From Torpedo marmorata (Eukaryota), in assembly GCA_977017645.1 (NCBI GenBank), contig OZ360223.1, positions 118,544,001 to 118,608,000 on the forward strand: 64,000 nt of DNA, read 5' to 3'. The notes under the pieces are model-generated. The model was not told the origin of the DNA and did not search any database. It saw only the letters and a list, made by a program, of their open reading frames with translations. Position 1 is the first letter of the stretch. The number at the start of each line of letters is the position of its first letter. Below, one piece after another: positions 61,366 to 64,000 of the stretch. The position numbers and the translations under genes are program-made.

Positions 61366-62323
61366 CGTTACAAATTCAAACCAGCAACGACAGAAGACGC
61401 AAAGCAAAATGGGTAAAATTGAAATTTATATTTATTGAAGACAATTAAACATATAATTTCACAACAATTAACCCCACTATAAACGTCTATAAACACTATT
61501 CTTATCTAAAAGGTGTGTGTGTGTGTGTGTAAAGCCCAGACCATTACATTCTGTGCCCAACCCTCATGTAAAAATGGAAAACCTTCCCCAAAAACCACAG
61601 GTCAGTCATAAAAACAAGTCAGTCCCAAAAATACAGTCCACAAAAATTCACTCTCTATGTTCAGGGTCCAAATTCAGCTCTGTGTGCTGGCAAGAAGGAC
61701 TTCTTGATGAACGTTGGAGAGAGAGACAATGACTGTTTATGCTTACGAATGCTTGGCCTGCTTTTCTTCTCTGATGACTTTCCCTTCTTGTAGTTTCACA
61801 AGGATTGCGACTCCAAATCTGTTTTGGATTGAGGCGTGTACTTGGATCTCACAGCCTGTCTCGCTGATCTCACGCCTGTTCTTCACAAAAGTTGCCTTCA
61901 ACTCAGGATTTTGCTGAATCACCAAGGCCTTGTATTTCTCCCAGCCTTTCCCCCTGGGATGCACAGGCCTGGATTTTGCGGATTCAGGAGGCTCTGTGCT
62001 CTTCTCCCAGCATTTTCCTCTGGGATGCACAAGCCTGGATTTTGCTGGGTTCTCCCGCCTTTGCCACTCCAAACTGCCACTGATTCAGTTTTCCACGACT
62101 GAACTTTAAGGCCTTCCTGCAGAGGTCTTCACCTGCCTTTTCAAAAGTCCAACCAAGTATCTTTTTCACAGTTTGTCTTCCCCTGGTGCCTCTCTCTCGG
62201 TAAGTACAAGTCCTGGGCAAGGTAACTCTTTCAGTACCAGGTCCCAGTGTATACTCCAAAAGACTTCATTCATCCTTCCTGCTGACCATCCGCAGTCCAA
62301 ATGATCAGTCATGGTCCATAACA
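61366..62323 (-). repeat. 5' LTR
   Basis: Direct repeat of 55622-56576. The terminal CA is mutated to CG. Confidence 0.95.
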
Positions 62324-63059
62324 TTACCAACCACTGAAGTAAGACTCACTGGTCTATAATTTCCTGGGCTATCTCTACTCCCTTTCTCGAATAAGGAACA
62401 ACATCTGCAACCCTCCAATCCTCTGGTACCTCTCCCGTCCCCATTGATGATTCAAAGATCATTGCCAGAGGTTCAGCAATCTGCTCCCTCGCCTCCCACA
62501 GTAGCCTGGGGTACATCTCATCCGGTCCCGGCTACTTATCCAACTTGATGCTTTCCAAAAGCTCCAGCACATAGTTTCTCTTAATATCTACATGCTCAAG
62601 CTTTTCAGTCTGCTGCAAGTCATCACTACAACCACCAAGGTCCTTTTCCATAGTGAATACTGAAGTAAAGTATTCATTAAGTACCTCTGCGATTTCCATA
62701 AACACTTTCCCACTGTCACACTTGATAGGACCTATTCTTTCACGTCTTATCCTCTTGCTCTTCACATACTTGTAGAATGCCTTGGGGTTTTCCTTAATCC
62801 TGCCCGCCAAGGCCTTCTCATGGCCCCTTCTGGCTCTTCTAATTTCCTTTTTAAGCTCCTTCCAGTTAGCCTTATAATCTTCTATTTCTCTAACATTACC
62901 TAGCTCTCAAAACCTTTTGTAAGCTTTACTTTTCTTCTTGACTAGATTTTTTACAGCCTTTGTACACCACGTTTCCTGTACCCTACCATAACTTCCCTGT
63001 CTCATTGGAACGTACCTATGAAGATCTTCACACAAATAACCCCTGAATATTTGCCACAT

Positions 63060-63970
63060 ACTCGTTATACACCCATGACTGTGTGGCCAGTCACAATTCC
63101 AATGCCATCTACAAGTTTGCCGATGACACCACAGTTGTCGGCAGAATCACAAACGGCAATGAGGAAGCGTACAGGAGGGAGATAGATCAGCTCGTTGAAT
63201 GGTGTAATGGCAACAACCTTGAGCTCAACGTCAGCAAAACCAAGGAGATGATTGTGGACTTCAGGAGGAAGACAGGGGAACACGACCCAGTCCTCATCGA
63301 GGGCTCAGTCGTGGAGAGGGTCAAGAACTTCAAATTCCTGGGTGTCAACATCTCCGAGGATCTGTCCTGGAGCATCCACGTTGATGCAATCACAAAGAAG
63401 GCTCGTCAGCGGCTATACTTTGTGAGGTGTCTGCGGAGATTCGGTATGTCACCAAAGACTCTCGTAAGCTTCTACAGGTGTACCGTGGAGAGCATTCTGG
63501 CTGGTAGCATCACTGCTTGGTATGGAGGCGCCAACTCCCAGGACAAGAGTAAACTCCAGAGGGTTGTTAACTCGGCCTGTGACATCACAGGCACCAAACT
63601 TCACTCCATCGAGGACATCTACATGAGGCGGTGTCTTAAAAAAGCAGCCTCTATCCTCAAAGACCCCCACCACCCAGGCCATGCCCTCTTCACTCTACTT
63701 CCACCGGGAAAAAGGTACAGAGCCTGAAGACGAGCACTCAACGGCACAAGGAAAGCTTCTTCCCCGCTGCCATCAGATTCCTGAATAATCAATGAACCAA
63801 AGACACTGCCTTACTTTTCGTGCACTATTGTTTATAATTTTTTATAGTAATGTCGTTAGATGGTTAATATGAATGTTAATTGCACTATGATGCTGCCGCT
63901 AAACACCGAATTTCATGACTTGTTCATGACAATAAATTCTTATTCTGAAATTCTGATTCTGATTCTGATT
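63060..63970 (+). mobile_element. Rex1/Babar LINE, 5'-truncated
   Basis: 214-aa ORF with KFADD and an (ATTCTG)n tail. Splits the CR1 sequence gccacat|ttcttccg. Confidence 0.93.
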
Positions 63971-64000
63971 TCTTCCGTACTTTTCCCTGAGAACATCTGT

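Larger units (their letters stand above)
55622..62323 (-). mobile_element. Complete Gmr1-like Ty3/Gypsy LTR retrotransposon (gag-PR-IN-RT-RH), decayed
   Basis: Paired ~955-bp LTRs, 4-bp TSD TTAC (55618-55621, 62324-62327), PBS and PPT. Integrase lies upstream of RT. Confidence 0.95.
54278..64000 (-). mobile_element. CR1 LINE ORF2 (runs off the window), interrupted by the Gypsy element and a Rex1 copy
   Basis: agaacatagaacataga tail at ~54280. RT ORFs 54371-55616. Resumes at 62328 (KENPKAFYKYVKSKR) and at ~63970. Confidence 0.9.

Noticed and set aside
55622-62323. Endogenous retrovirus (tRNA-Pro PBS) or Copia element (IN before RT)
   Set aside because: There is no env, and the RT, RNase H and GPY-integrase motifs are Gypsy-type.

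Overview
Eukaryotic, repeat-saturated genomic DNA. The repeat content (CR1 LINEs with a zinc-finger/SGNH-esterase ORF1, Rex1/Babar LINEs, Penelope-like elements, V-SINEs and a Deu-domain SINE) points to a cartilaginous fish, which is an inference. I found no intact host protein-coding gene. Almost every long ORF is a retroelement or transposase fragment, and many insertions are nested with readable target-site duplications (TSDs). The top finding is a non-autonomous pogo-family DNA transposon at 19386-21080 that has captured the 5' end of dmrt1 (start codon, N-terminus and the first part of the DM domain). It shares its termini with a decayed transposase-bearing element at 49323-53944. Other notable items: a 5S-rRNA-headed SINE and a GC-rich ~850-bp non-coding retroelement family (3 copies) that share a Rex-like 3' tail; a complete Gmr1-type Gypsy element (PR-IN-RT-RH order) with a tRNA-Pro PBS; hammerhead-like motifs in Penelope ends; a Tc1 unit carrying ~650 bp of foreign DNA; and an L1 fragment flanked by a ~190-bp direct duplication. 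All alignments were done by eye, so boundaries without a TSD are approximate.
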